Shown here: positions 47,709-56,052 of the stretch, in pieces
Numbering within the stretch: the stretch's first letter is position 1
How the letters are laid out: each line of letters starts with the position of its first letter
Assembly (NCBI GenBank): GCA_965267575.1
Contig: OZ254086.1
Span: 4,000,001-4,064,000 of the forward strand
Reading direction: 5' to 3'
Length of the DNA stretch: 64,000 nt
Origin: Calditrichales bacterium
Lineage (GTDB): Bacteria; Calditrichota; Calditrichia; Calditrichales; J004
Made by a program: the position numbers and the translations under genes
Notes under the pieces: model-generated
Seen by the model: only the letters and a program-made list of their open reading frames with translations
Database searches by the model: none
What the model was told of the DNA's origin: nothing

Positions 47709-49109
47709 TTAAATACGACCGTTTTCTTTTAATGCCTGCCAGGCCTTCTCGCGATAGCTCGCCGCGGTCTTTGCAGGATCTTTTGCCTGGATAATGCCCC
47801 GGCCGACAATGATGAAATCGGCCCCGCCGGCCACTGCCTGGTCCACGCTTACGTAGCGCTGTCCGAGGTCATCGCCGCTGGATTCCATATTCACGCCGGG
47901 CATCAGCAACAACATGTGTGAGGGTATCAACTGGCGCAGCTTCAATAACTCCGCCGGGGTTTGCGCAAATCCGATAAAGCCGCTTACCCAGCCCGGGTTG
48001 CGTACGCCCATTTCGATTGTCTTTCTGCCATAGGTACTGTCCAGCAGGTTGCCTTCGGCGGACATTGCCGCCAGCAAAAAGGCAGCGGCATTTTGTTTGG
48101 TATCGCGGAATAATCCTTGCAGGATACCTTCGCCGGGCAGAGCATGTACTGTTACCGCGTCCGCCCACTCCGCGATATGATATACGCCCTCAGTAAACTG
48201 CTTGCGCACCGTACTGCCGATATCCGCGAATTTTCGATCTTCAAAAATAAGAAAATTATGCCTGGCGGCAGCCTCACGCAGGCGTTTTGCAAATGAAGTA
48301 TCAAAATCTTTCAAAATATCGACATGGGTCTTTAACATCACGATCTCGCCGGCGACCTTTTCAAGCATATCAAAAAAGCCGCTCATATTATCAACATCCA
48401 GTGACAAAACGAGGTTGCTTTTCTTTTCGAGTGCCTTTTTCAGCAGCCTTTGCGTAACCGGGTTGGAGCTTTCCGCGGCCATATCTGCGAAGCGCGGCAG
48501 CTTTTGCTCGGGCGGATTGCTCAAAAAGGCAACCACATTGTTTTTATCCTGCCGGCCGATTTTGCCGCTTTCCAGCAGCTCATCCACAATATCCATCACC
48601 GAAAGGATGCGATGCAGCGTGTAGCCTTTATTTCGCATCCACTCTTCGCCGTTAAAACTGCGGTCAACGATAATCACAAAGTCGCTCACTTCAATACCCG
48701 CCTGTTTCAGGGCGTCGGCCGTTTCCAGCTTGCTCTCGCCGGTAGTCATCACATCATCGATGACAATACAGCGGTCGCCTTTTTTAAAATGCCCTTCGAT
48801 TAGCTTGGACGTGCCGTAGGCTTTGGCTTCCTTGCGCTGATAGACCAGTGGTTTGTTGAGCCGGTCAGCGAGAATGGCGGCGACGGGCAAAGCGGTGTAG
48901 GGTATACCGGTGATCAGTTCAAAGGAGCTTTCGGCCACCTTCTCCTCCAGCAGTCGCACAATGCGGTCCATTACCCGGGGATAGGAAATGATAGCCCGCA
49001 GATCGATATAAAAAGGCGATGTTAATCCCGACTTCAGCCGGAAAGAACCAAACTTAACGGCGCCGATTTCATGCAGGTCGTGAATCAATTCTTTTTTATG
49101 CAAACTCAA
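47709..49109 (-). CDS. Bifunctional UMP synthase: orotate phosphoribosyltransferase fused to OMP decarboxylase (PyrE-PyrF)
   Basis: OPRT: KFGSFRLKSGLTSPFYIDLR, RKEAKAYGT, IDDVMTTGES. ODC: KTHVDI, FEDRKFADIG, DDLGQRY, IIVGRGI. Start probably TTG 49109. Confidence 0.93.
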   Translation of the reverse strand: MSLHKKELIHDLHEIGAVKFGSFRLKSGLTSPFYIDLRAIISYPRVMDRIVRLLEEKVAESSFELITGIPYTALPVAAILADRLNKPLVYQRKEAKAYGTSKLIEGHFKKGDRCIVIDDVMTTGESKLETADALKQAGIEVSDFVIIVDRSFNGEEWMRNKGYTLHRILSVMDIVDELLESGKIGRQDKNNVVAFLSNPPEQKLPRFADMAAESSNPVTQRLLKKALEKKSNLVLSLDVDNMSGFFDMLEKVAGEIVMLKTHVDILKDFDTSFAKRLREAAARHNFLIFEDRKFADIGSTVRKQFTEGVYHIAEWADAVTVHALPGEGILQGLFRDTKQNAAAFLLAAMSAEGNLLDSTYGRKTIEMGVRNPGWVSGFIGFAQTPAELLKLRQLIPSHMLLLMPGVNMESSGDDLGQRYVSVDQAVAGGADFIIVGRGIIQAKDPAKTAASYREKAWQALKENGRI

Positions 49110-50388
49110 CTTCTTTTCCTTTATTATCCAGGCACTTCTCACCATCAAAAACCAATGTGCCGTTTACGAATGTTTTTTTAACCTTTCCCTTCAGCGTAAG
49201 TCCGCTAAACGGCGAATAGCGTGCTTTTGTAAAAAAATGTACCGGGTCAACCGTCCAGCTTTCATTCAAATCGACCAGGGCTATATCCGCCCAGTAACCG
49301 GGCATCAGGTGTCCCCTGTCCTTAATCTCAAATATGCGTGCGGGGTTATGGCACATCAAGTCCTCCAGCCGTCGCAGCGTAATATCACCGCGATGCACCA
49401 TTTGCAACATCAGCGCCAGGCTGGTTTCCAGTCCGGGAAAACCGGCAGGAGCTTCGTGGTAAGGTCTGTTTTTTTCATCCAGTCCGTGTGGCGCGTGGTC
49501 GGTGCCGATTGTATCCACGGTGCCGTCCATAATGGCTTCATACAGCGCGGTATTGTCCTTGCTTGTGCGCAACGGCGGATTCACTTTTCCATAGTTACCG
49601 GCCCGCACCAAAATATCTTCATTAATAAAAAGATGATGCGGCGTAACCTCGCAATAAACATTATCGATGCCCGATTGCCTCGCCGCCCGGATAAGCTCGA
49701 CCTCTTCCGCGCAGCTCACATGCACGATATAAAGCCGCGTTCCTATTTCAGCGGCCAGAGACAGCAATCGCTCCGTCGCTTTTATCGCGCAGACACGGTT
49801 GCGGATTTTGTCGTGGTTGGCAATAAGCGGTTCATACTGTTTCTCGTGCTTTTCCACGCAGGACTGCAGTTCGCTGTGTACCATCAACGGTTTATCCATT
49901 TCGTAGCAGAGATAAAACACGTCGCGCACGCGTTCGATGTCTTCCACCACGTAACCGCTGCTGGATTCTGCCATAAACATTTTCACGGCGTTTACAGGTC
50001 CGGCATTGCGCACGTCATCGTGGTTGTTTTCCGTAACGCCAAAATTGTAGCCATAGTTAACGATGCTTTTCGAGGCGGCCCGCCGCTTAATCTCAAGACT
50101 GGCCTGGTCAAAAGTGGCCGGCCGGGTGTTGGGCATGTCAAAAATACTGCAAACACCGCCGGCGGCAGCAGCCTGCGAAGCACTTAACCAGTCTTCCTTG
50201 TGGCTTAGCTGCATATCACGGATATGCGTATGCACATCGATTATGCCCGGCAAGGCCAGCAAATTACCACCGTCAAAAACGTCGCCATGCTGCGATGAGT
50301 CGATTTTGCCAACTTTAGTGACGCGCCCGTTTTCAATCTCAATCGATACATTGTGGCCGTTGGAAAGCCGCACATTCTTAATCAGCAA
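49096..50388 (-). CDS. pyrC: Dihydroorotase
   Basis: PGIIDVHTHIRD, DMPNT, CEVTPHHL, KVNPPLR, GTDHAPH, GFPGLET. Start probably TTG 50388 (AAGG RBS). Confidence 0.93.
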   Translation of the reverse strand: MLIKNVRLSNGHNVSIEIENGRVTKVGKIDSSQHGDVFDGGNLLALPGIIDVHTHIRDMQLSHKEDWLSASQAAAAGGVCSIFDMPNTRPATFDQASLEIKRRAASKSIVNYGYNFGVTENNHDDVRNAGPVNAVKMFMAESSSGYVVEDIERVRDVFYLCYEMDKPLMVHSELQSCVEKHEKQYEPLIANHDKIRNRVCAIKATERLLSLAAEIGTRLYIVHVSCAEEVELIRAARQSGIDNVYCEVTPHHLFINEDILVRAGNYGKVNPPLRTSKDNTALYEAIMDGTVDTIGTDHAPHGLDEKNRPYHEAPAGFPGLETSLALMLQMVHRGDITLRRLEDLMCHNPARIFEIKDRGHLMPGYWADIALVDLNESWTVDPVHFFTKARYSPFSGLTLKGKVKKTFVNGTLVFDGEKCLDNKGKEVEFA

Positions 50389-50482
50389 AACAAACCTTTC
50401 GGACAAAAAAAAGGCATCCCTTCACCGAAGCGGCAGGATGCCTTACATCATCATTTTTGGAGTTTATATATGAAAGTTTCAT
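50378..50482 (-). promoter_or_regulatory. Probable pyr operon attenuator: terminator hairpin spanned by a 34-codon leader ORF
   Basis: Hairpin AAGGCATCC...CTTCGG...GGATGCC followed by T8 (50405-50444) ends 16 nt before pyrC. ORF MKLSYINSKNDDVRHPAASVKGCLFFVRKVCFAD (50482-50378) reads through it. Confidence 0.6.
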
Positions 50483-50526
50483 CGGCGCACAATATCGCAA
50501 ATATTGCACCAGAAAATCAAAATATT

Positions 50527-52281
50527 TTAAGCCTGGTTTATGCTGTTCTTCTTGGCGTACAACTTGTCGACAAGAGAGCGCAGTTCGTTCAATTCAAACG
50601 GCTTACGCAAAAAGGCATCGGACATCTTGAGCAGGTCTTCCAGTTCATTGTCGATTTCATAACCGGTCATAAAAACAAAGTAACCGTTATAATGCGCTTC
50701 TTTGGCTTTTTTAAACAGCTCCGGCCCGGCCATGCCCGGCATATCCACATCACAAATGATCAGATTGTATGAAAACTCGGAGATGCGTTCCAGGGCTTCG
50801 GCGCCGTTGGAGGCACCATCCACCTTGTATCCTCCAAGAGAAAGCAGCTCGATTAATGAATCGAGGATTTCCGGCTCATCATCAATAATCAGGATACGGT
50901 TTTCCTTGGTTTGTGCGGCGTAGCGGGCCGAGCTGGCGCGAATATCCATGATCTTGGTTGTGAGGTAATCCTGCTGGCGCAGGCTGGTGATGCTTTTCAG
51001 GTTATCAACCAGTTCTATAATCCGCCGGATCATTTTGTTGGATTTTTCAAAATATTCACTGCGGCCGAATTCCTTTTCGACAAGGGACATGCTTATGGAG
51101 AGCACCTGCAGAGGCTGAGAGAATTCATGCGCAATGCCGCCGGCCAGTTCCTGCACGCTTTTGAGAGTTTCCGCTTTCTGGCGCGCTTTCTCCATCTTTC
51201 GTTTTTCCACATCATCAATGCGAACGGAAATAAAAAACGTTATATCGCCCAGATGGTTTTTGACTGGTGAAATCAGAACTTTTTCCCAGTAGAGCTGACC
51301 ATCCTTACGCTTGTTACAAATCTGCCCACGCCAGGAGTGGCCGGACAAAACGGTATCCCACAGGTCCTTGTAATATTCCTGATCATGTGTGCTGGATTTA
51401 AAGAGGCTGGGTTTATTACCTACGATTTCATCGCGTTCATAGCCTGTTGATTTGCAGAGAGCGTCATTTACATAGAGAATGCGCGCGTCACGGTCGGTGA
51501 TCATAATCGGGATCGGGCTCAGGTGGATCACCTGGCGGAAAGTAACAAGCTCTTCTTCCACCCGCCTTTGTTCGCTTGTGTCACGCATGTTGACGGTGAG
51601 GCACGGTTCGTTTTCCCAGGTCAGATCGCCCACAACAATTTCCACGCGTTTGGATTCGCCGGTGAAATTAAGCAAATCTATCTCGCGGATTTGCCCGGAG
51701 CGGATAGCGTATGGAAAAACCTCGCCCAAAAAACGCTGAGCACTGATGCCAAACTGCTTCTCACAGGCACTATTGATAAAACGTATCAAGCCGTCCCGGT
51801 TGAGTACCAGAAACGCGTCTTTTTGGGAGCGTATGACTTTCAGAAAGCGTTTTTCACTTTCGTGAAATTTTTGGCGCAGGTAATGGACCTGATCTTTCAA
51901 ACGGAAAATTTCATCGGCTTTGCGTAAAACACTTTCCATCATAGGACTGTTTAGCGAACGCACTGCCAAAGTCAGATCGCTTCCGTTGGGCAAAACGCTT
52001 TTAAGATAATCCTCTGAGTCTGATTGCAGCAGGCTGATGACCGGAATATGATAGCTTTGCGCTTTGCGTATCAGCTCTGCAGATTTTTCATTCTGGAAAG
52101 CACTGTCAAGGGCAAGCCCCACCGGGATAACGTTCAGCTTACGTTCCGGTGAACGCTTAACCAGGCTGTCCATCGGGAAAAAGTGCACATTCATGCGCTC
52201 CATTGCAAAAAGGCATGTGCGCACCAGCTCCAGATGCGTTTTGTCAAGGATATAGTAAAGATTGTAGGTTTGCTCGGACAT
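50527..52281 (-). CDS. Signal-transduction protein: degenerate REC-like, PAS, PAS, HisKA, REC; no HATPase domain
   Basis: PAS IMITDRDARILYVN...WRGQICNKRKDGQLYWE; H-box LAGGIAHEFSQPL; REC ILIIDD...ICDVDMP...MTGY...KPF follows with no N/G1/F/G2 boxes. Confidence 0.85.
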   Translation of the reverse strand: MSEQTYNLYYILDKTHLELVRTCLFAMERMNVHFFPMDSLVKRSPERKLNVIPVGLALDSAFQNEKSAELIRKAQSYHIPVISLLQSDSEDYLKSVLPNGSDLTLAVRSLNSPMMESVLRKADEIFRLKDQVHYLRQKFHESEKRFLKVIRSQKDAFLVLNRDGLIRFINSACEKQFGISAQRFLGEVFPYAIRSGQIREIDLLNFTGESKRVEIVVGDLTWENEPCLTVNMRDTSEQRRVEEELVTFRQVIHLSPIPIMITDRDARILYVNDALCKSTGYERDEIVGNKPSLFKSSTHDQEYYKDLWDTVLSGHSWRGQICNKRKDGQLYWEKVLISPVKNHLGDITFFISVRIDDVEKRKMEKARQKAETLKSVQELAGGIAHEFSQPLQVLSISMSLVEKEFGRSEYFEKSNKMIRRIIELVDNLKSITSLRQQDYLTTKIMDIRASSARYAAQTKENRILIIDDEPEILDSLIELLSLGGYKVDGASNGAEALERISEFSYNLIICDVDMPGMAGPELFKKAKEAHYNGYFVFMTGYEIDNELEDLLKMSDAFLRKPFELNELRSLVDKLYAKKNSINQA

Positions 52282-52355
52282 GCGCTTTTATTGTGGTGTA
52301 CTGAAAAATCTATTGTCGTCTTGAGAATACGAAAAATTATATTTTAATGAAAAAG

Positions 52356-52378
52356 AAAAACGGGCCGTTTGGCCCGTT
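52356..52378 (-). terminator. Terminator downstream of the KamA-like gene
   Basis: AACGGGCC/GGCCCGTT stem with T run on the minus strand. Confidence 0.75.
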
Positions 52379-52392
52379 AATTTAAGGTAGGA

Positions 52393-53685
52393 TCAGTTAT
52401 TTATGGCGTCCGGCGCGCTGCTGAAATAGGGAAAAGGCTGCGTTCTGTTGAACTCCAGACCGTCTTCCAGTTCCAGCTCATCCAGCCAGGTCGCTGTTTC
52501 CGAATATTTGGCCAGGAATGGTTTATTGATATTGCGCGGATTCCGTGCCTGGATAAACTTAAGCACAAAATGCTTCTCACCGCCCAGTTCAATAATACCG
52601 TCTACCAACACTTTACCCGGATTCGCCGACATAGAAGGACCGCGCACAGTCTTGGCAAGCCCTGAAATATTGCTGTAGGCTTCGGTAAATATCGAATAAG
52701 CTCTGTGCAGCGGAACGGAAAAATATTCATGCGCGCCCGTGTCACGTTCAACAAACATATAATAAGGCACCATGCCCATTTCCACCTGTCTCTGCCACAT
52801 GGACGCCCATGTTCTGGCACTGTCATTTATGCCGCGAATCAGCGGGGCCTGCGTGCGGATCTGGATGCCGGCTTTGCGCAGGCGTCTGGCGGCCTGCTGC
52901 ACTTTTTCAGTTTCCATCTCACGCGGGTGACTGAAGTGTGCCATCAGTGCGATATGCTTGCCCTTTTTCTGCATTTCGTCAAATTTGCGCAGCAATTCAT
53001 CGCCTTCTTCGCCGAGATAGCGTTCCGGATGAAAGGAAAGAGACTTACTGCCAATACGCACGCTGCGAACATGCTCCAACTCGGGCATCATTGTTACATC
53101 AAGATAACCGAAAAGCGTTTTATTGGGCATAAACATTGGGTCGCCGCCCGTAAACAGGATGTCTGTGATTTCCTTGTGATAATCAAGGTAATCGAACAGA
53201 TCCTTCTGGTCTTTGGATTTGAATTTGTGTTCATCCAGGTTTACAAACTGCGCCCAGCGGAAACAATATGTACAATAAGAATGACATGTTTGTCCTTGCG
53301 CCGGGAAGAATAATGCAGTTTCACGGTATTTATGTTGAATACCGCCAAATGTGCGATCGCCGATACGGGGAATATTATCCTTCTGTCCATCCGGATGGGG
53401 ATTAAGGCTGAATCGTATCTTACTTACAGCTTCTCTCTCTTTCTCAAGCGTGTCTGCCTTCCTTAGCAGTGCCCAACTCTCTTCGGACAGCATGGATTCT
53501 CGTGGAAATAGCAAGCGATAGATCGGATCATCGTCGTAGTTATTCCAGTCAACAAGCTCGTTAACAACATATTTGCTAACTTTAAAAGGGAACACCTTTG
53601 CTAGAAGCTTAAGTTTCTCACGGTCATCCGGATGGATCTTCTCCGCGAACGGGGATGCCAAAAAACGTTTGATCGTGTAAAACAT
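52393..53685 (-). CDS. KamA-family radical SAM aminomutase-like protein
   Basis: GIQHKYRETAL, CHSYCTYC, LFTGGDPM, AHFSHPRE, PYYMFVERDTG, PGKV. Start probably ATG 53685. Confidence 0.88.
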   Translation of the reverse strand: MFYTIKRFLASPFAEKIHPDDREKLKLLAKVFPFKVSKYVVNELVDWNNYDDDPIYRLLFPRESMLSEESWALLRKADTLEKEREAVSKIRFSLNPHPDGQKDNIPRIGDRTFGGIQHKYRETALFFPAQGQTCHSYCTYCFRWAQFVNLDEHKFKSKDQKDLFDYLDYHKEITDILFTGGDPMFMPNKTLFGYLDVTMMPELEHVRSVRIGSKSLSFHPERYLGEEGDELLRKFDEMQKKGKHIALMAHFSHPREMETEKVQQAARRLRKAGIQIRTQAPLIRGINDSARTWASMWQRQVEMGMVPYYMFVERDTGAHEYFSVPLHRAYSIFTEAYSNISGLAKTVRGPSMSANPGKVLVDGIIELGGEKHFVLKFIQARNPRNINKPFLAKYSETATWLDELELEDGLEFNRTQPFPYFSSAPDAINN

Positions 53686-53892
53686 AAGTTTTGAACTCTC
53701 CTTTCTGTTTTCAAGATAGCTAACTAAAATATAGGCTTCACCCGCATTATGCAAACCTGATTTTGTTGGCTTACCTTTCTTTACTTAACGCGCCCTTTAA
53801 ACAAAAGGCTCCAAATCATAGTAAAAATTTTTCGATTTCTTTGATTCTCTGCCGTAAATTGATCAATTCCATACAAGCCATAAGGAGGAAAA

Positions 53893-54957
53893 ATGGAATT
53901 TACTACCGATAAAGTTAAACAGCTGCTTGGCGCCGAAGCGGATTCGCTTTTAAACCATAAATGCAGCACTGTAAGCAAAGACCAATTGCACCTGCCGGGC
54001 GAGGACTTTGTTGATCGTATTTTCATCCCCAGTGATCGCTCTCCGCAAGTCTTACGCAGTTTGCAGACCATGTTCGATCACGGACGCCTGGCCAATAGCG
54101 GCTTCTTATCGATTTTGCCCGTAGACCAGGGTATCGAACACTCTGCCGGTGCTTCGTTTGCGCCCAACCCGATTTACTTCGATCCTGAAAACATCGTTAA
54201 GCTGGCCGTTGAAGGCGGTTGTAACGCCGTTGCTTCTACATTAGGGGTTTTGGCTTCAGTAAGCCGTAAATACGCCCACAGAATTCCATTTATTGTAAAA
54301 ATAAACCACAATGAACTGCTGACTTATCCATCGACTTACAATCAAATCCTTTTCAGCAGTGTGCAGGAAGCCTGGGACTTGGGTGCTGTAGCCGTGGGTG
54401 CCACAATCTATTTTGGTTCCGACCAGTCCGAGAGACAGATTATCGAAATCGCTGAAGCCTTTGAAGTAGCCCACGAATTAGGCATGGCAACCATCCTGTG
54501 GTGTTACCTGCGCAATTCCGACTTTAAAAAAGACGGAACAGACTACCACGTAGCTTCAGACCTGACCAGCCAGGCAATTCACCTGGGTGTTACGATCAAA
54601 GCGGATATTGTTAAGCAGAAAATGCCCGAAAACAACGGCGGCTACAATGCCATCAAGTTTGGTAAAACGCATCCCAAGGTGTACAGCGAACTGAGCAGCG
54701 ACCATCCGATCGACTTAACCCGTTATCAGGTTATTAACGCCTATATGGGTCGTGCCGGCCTGATTAACAGCGGCGGCGCATCAGGCGGCGAGAGCGACCT
54801 GGCAGAGGCCGTACGCACAGCTGTTATTAACAAGCGTGCCGGTGGCATGGGCCTGATAAGCGGACGTAAAGCTTTTCAGCGTCCGATGAAAGACGGTGTT
54901 CAACTGTTGAACGCCATCCAGGACGTTTATCTTAACGGTGATATTTCTGTAGCTTGA
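53893..54957 (+). CDS. fbaB: Class I fructose-bisphosphate aldolase (FbaB/DhnA type)
   Basis: [60 protein letters not shown]. Confidence 0.96.
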   Translation: MEFTTDKVKQLLGAEADSLLNHKCSTVSKDQLHLPGEDFVDRIFIPSDRSPQVLRSLQTMFDHGRLANSGFLSILPVDQGIEHSAGASFAPNPIYFDPENIVKLAVEGGCNAVASTLGVLASVSRKYAHRIPFIVKINHNELLTYPSTYNQILFSSVQEAWDLGAVAVGATIYFGSDQSERQIIEIAEAFEVAHELGMATILWCYLRNSDFKKDGTDYHVASDLTSQAIHLGVTIKADIVKQKMPENNGGYNAIKFGKTHPKVYSELSSDHPIDLTRYQVINAYMGRAGLINSGGASGGESDLAEAVRTAVINKRAGGMGLISGRKAFQRPMKDGVQLLNAIQDVYLNGDISVA

Positions 54958-54980
54958 TATAACGGGTCAGGCAAAAATAC

Positions 54981-55013
54981 AGGCGGCTGCTTTAAGAAGC
55001 AGCCGCCTTTTTT
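54981..55013 (+). terminator. Terminator after fbaB (possibly bidirectional)
   Basis: AGGCGGCTGCTT-TAAG-AAGCAGCCGCCT followed by a T run. Confidence 0.88.
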
Positions 55014-55025
55014 GTAACGTAATTT

Positions 55026-56042
55026 TCAGAATACAATTCCCAAACTATAATGATGCACGGGATTTAACACCCCAAAATCCTGCCAGGCGTAATCCACGCG
55101 CAGCTTTACGCCGCCTACACCATACAAAAGTCCCCCGCCGAACGTGAGACCCTGCTCGCCATCCAGTTCAAACAGCGCTTTGTAACCGGCCCGTATAAAG
55201 GCCTGATTGTTAAAGCTGTATTCGATACCACTGTTCACATATTCGCTGTGGTCGTTGGGATGAACAGCCTCCAGAGACATGGTCACGGTAGAACGTCCCT
55301 CCATGAAGATATCTGATGCGGCACCCACCCGAAATTGCAGCGGCAAATCCCAGCTATCCAGCTCCACATCGGCGTTGATGAGATTACCGTCGCCGGGCCC
55401 CACACTGATAACTTCTTTGGAATCCCTTCCGCTCATGCGCATTTTGGTGCCAAAGTTGGAAATGCTGGCACCCAGACGCAGCTCGTTCAATACTTCAATT
55501 CGGTATAAGACGCCTATATCCAGCGCGACGCCCTGAGCGTTACTGTTATAGATTTTCTCATGGATATATTTCAGATTAAAGCCAATGGCGAATTTTTCCG
55601 TAAGCATGCGCGCGTACGAAAGCCCGATGGCCATCATGTTGGCATCGAACAACTCTCCCGTACCTTCCGGCGCGTCAACGGTTCGCACAGGCAGGTCGGA
55701 GATGGCATCCACGGCAAGAATATGCGCGGCGATTGTTCCGATGACAGGTATGTTCAGCTTGGCCGCGGCCTGATCCACGCTTACATCTGCAAACCACTCC
55801 ACGTGATTAAAAGCAGCTTCGCCTGTTCCATCGCCATAGGCCAGGCCTGCAGGATTCCAGTAAACGGCCGACAGATCGTTGGCATTGGCGGTAAATGCAC
55901 CGCCCATCCCGATGGCACGCGGACCAAGATCAATTTTCAGGAACTGCGCCGCCGTGGTACCGGTTTTTTGCAGGTCCTGCCCGCACAGCAAAGCCGGCAG
56001 CGCAACAATCAACGATAGTAAAAAAGCTTTTTTCAGAAACAT
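55026..56042 (-). CDS. PorV/PorQ-family outer-membrane beta-barrel
   Basis: Signal peptide; AQFLKIDLGPRAIGMGGA, YWNPAGLA, LGASISNFG, LPLQFRVG, terminal Phe. Confidence 0.85.
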   Translation of the reverse strand: MFLKKAFLLSLIVALPALLCGQDLQKTGTTAAQFLKIDLGPRAIGMGGAFTANANDLSAVYWNPAGLAYGDGTGEAAFNHVEWFADVSVDQAAAKLNIPVIGTIAAHILAVDAISDLPVRTVDAPEGTGELFDANMMAIGLSYARMLTEKFAIGFNLKYIHEKIYNSNAQGVALDIGVLYRIEVLNELRLGASISNFGTKMRMSGRDSKEVISVGPGDGNLINADVELDSWDLPLQFRVGAASDIFMEGRSTVTMSLEAVHPNDHSEYVNSGIEYSFNNQAFIRAGYKALFELDGEQGLTFGGGLLYGVGGVKLRVDYAWQDFGVLNPVHHYSLGIVF

Positions 56043-56052
56043 AGTTTTCCCC

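Noticed and set aside
49237..50187. 316-aa plus-strand ORF
   Set aside because: Antisense to pyrC.
50405..50480. PyrR-binding leader or known riboswitch
   Set aside because: No PyrR consensus loop or recognisable aptamer core by eye; an Rfam/Infernal scan would be decisive.
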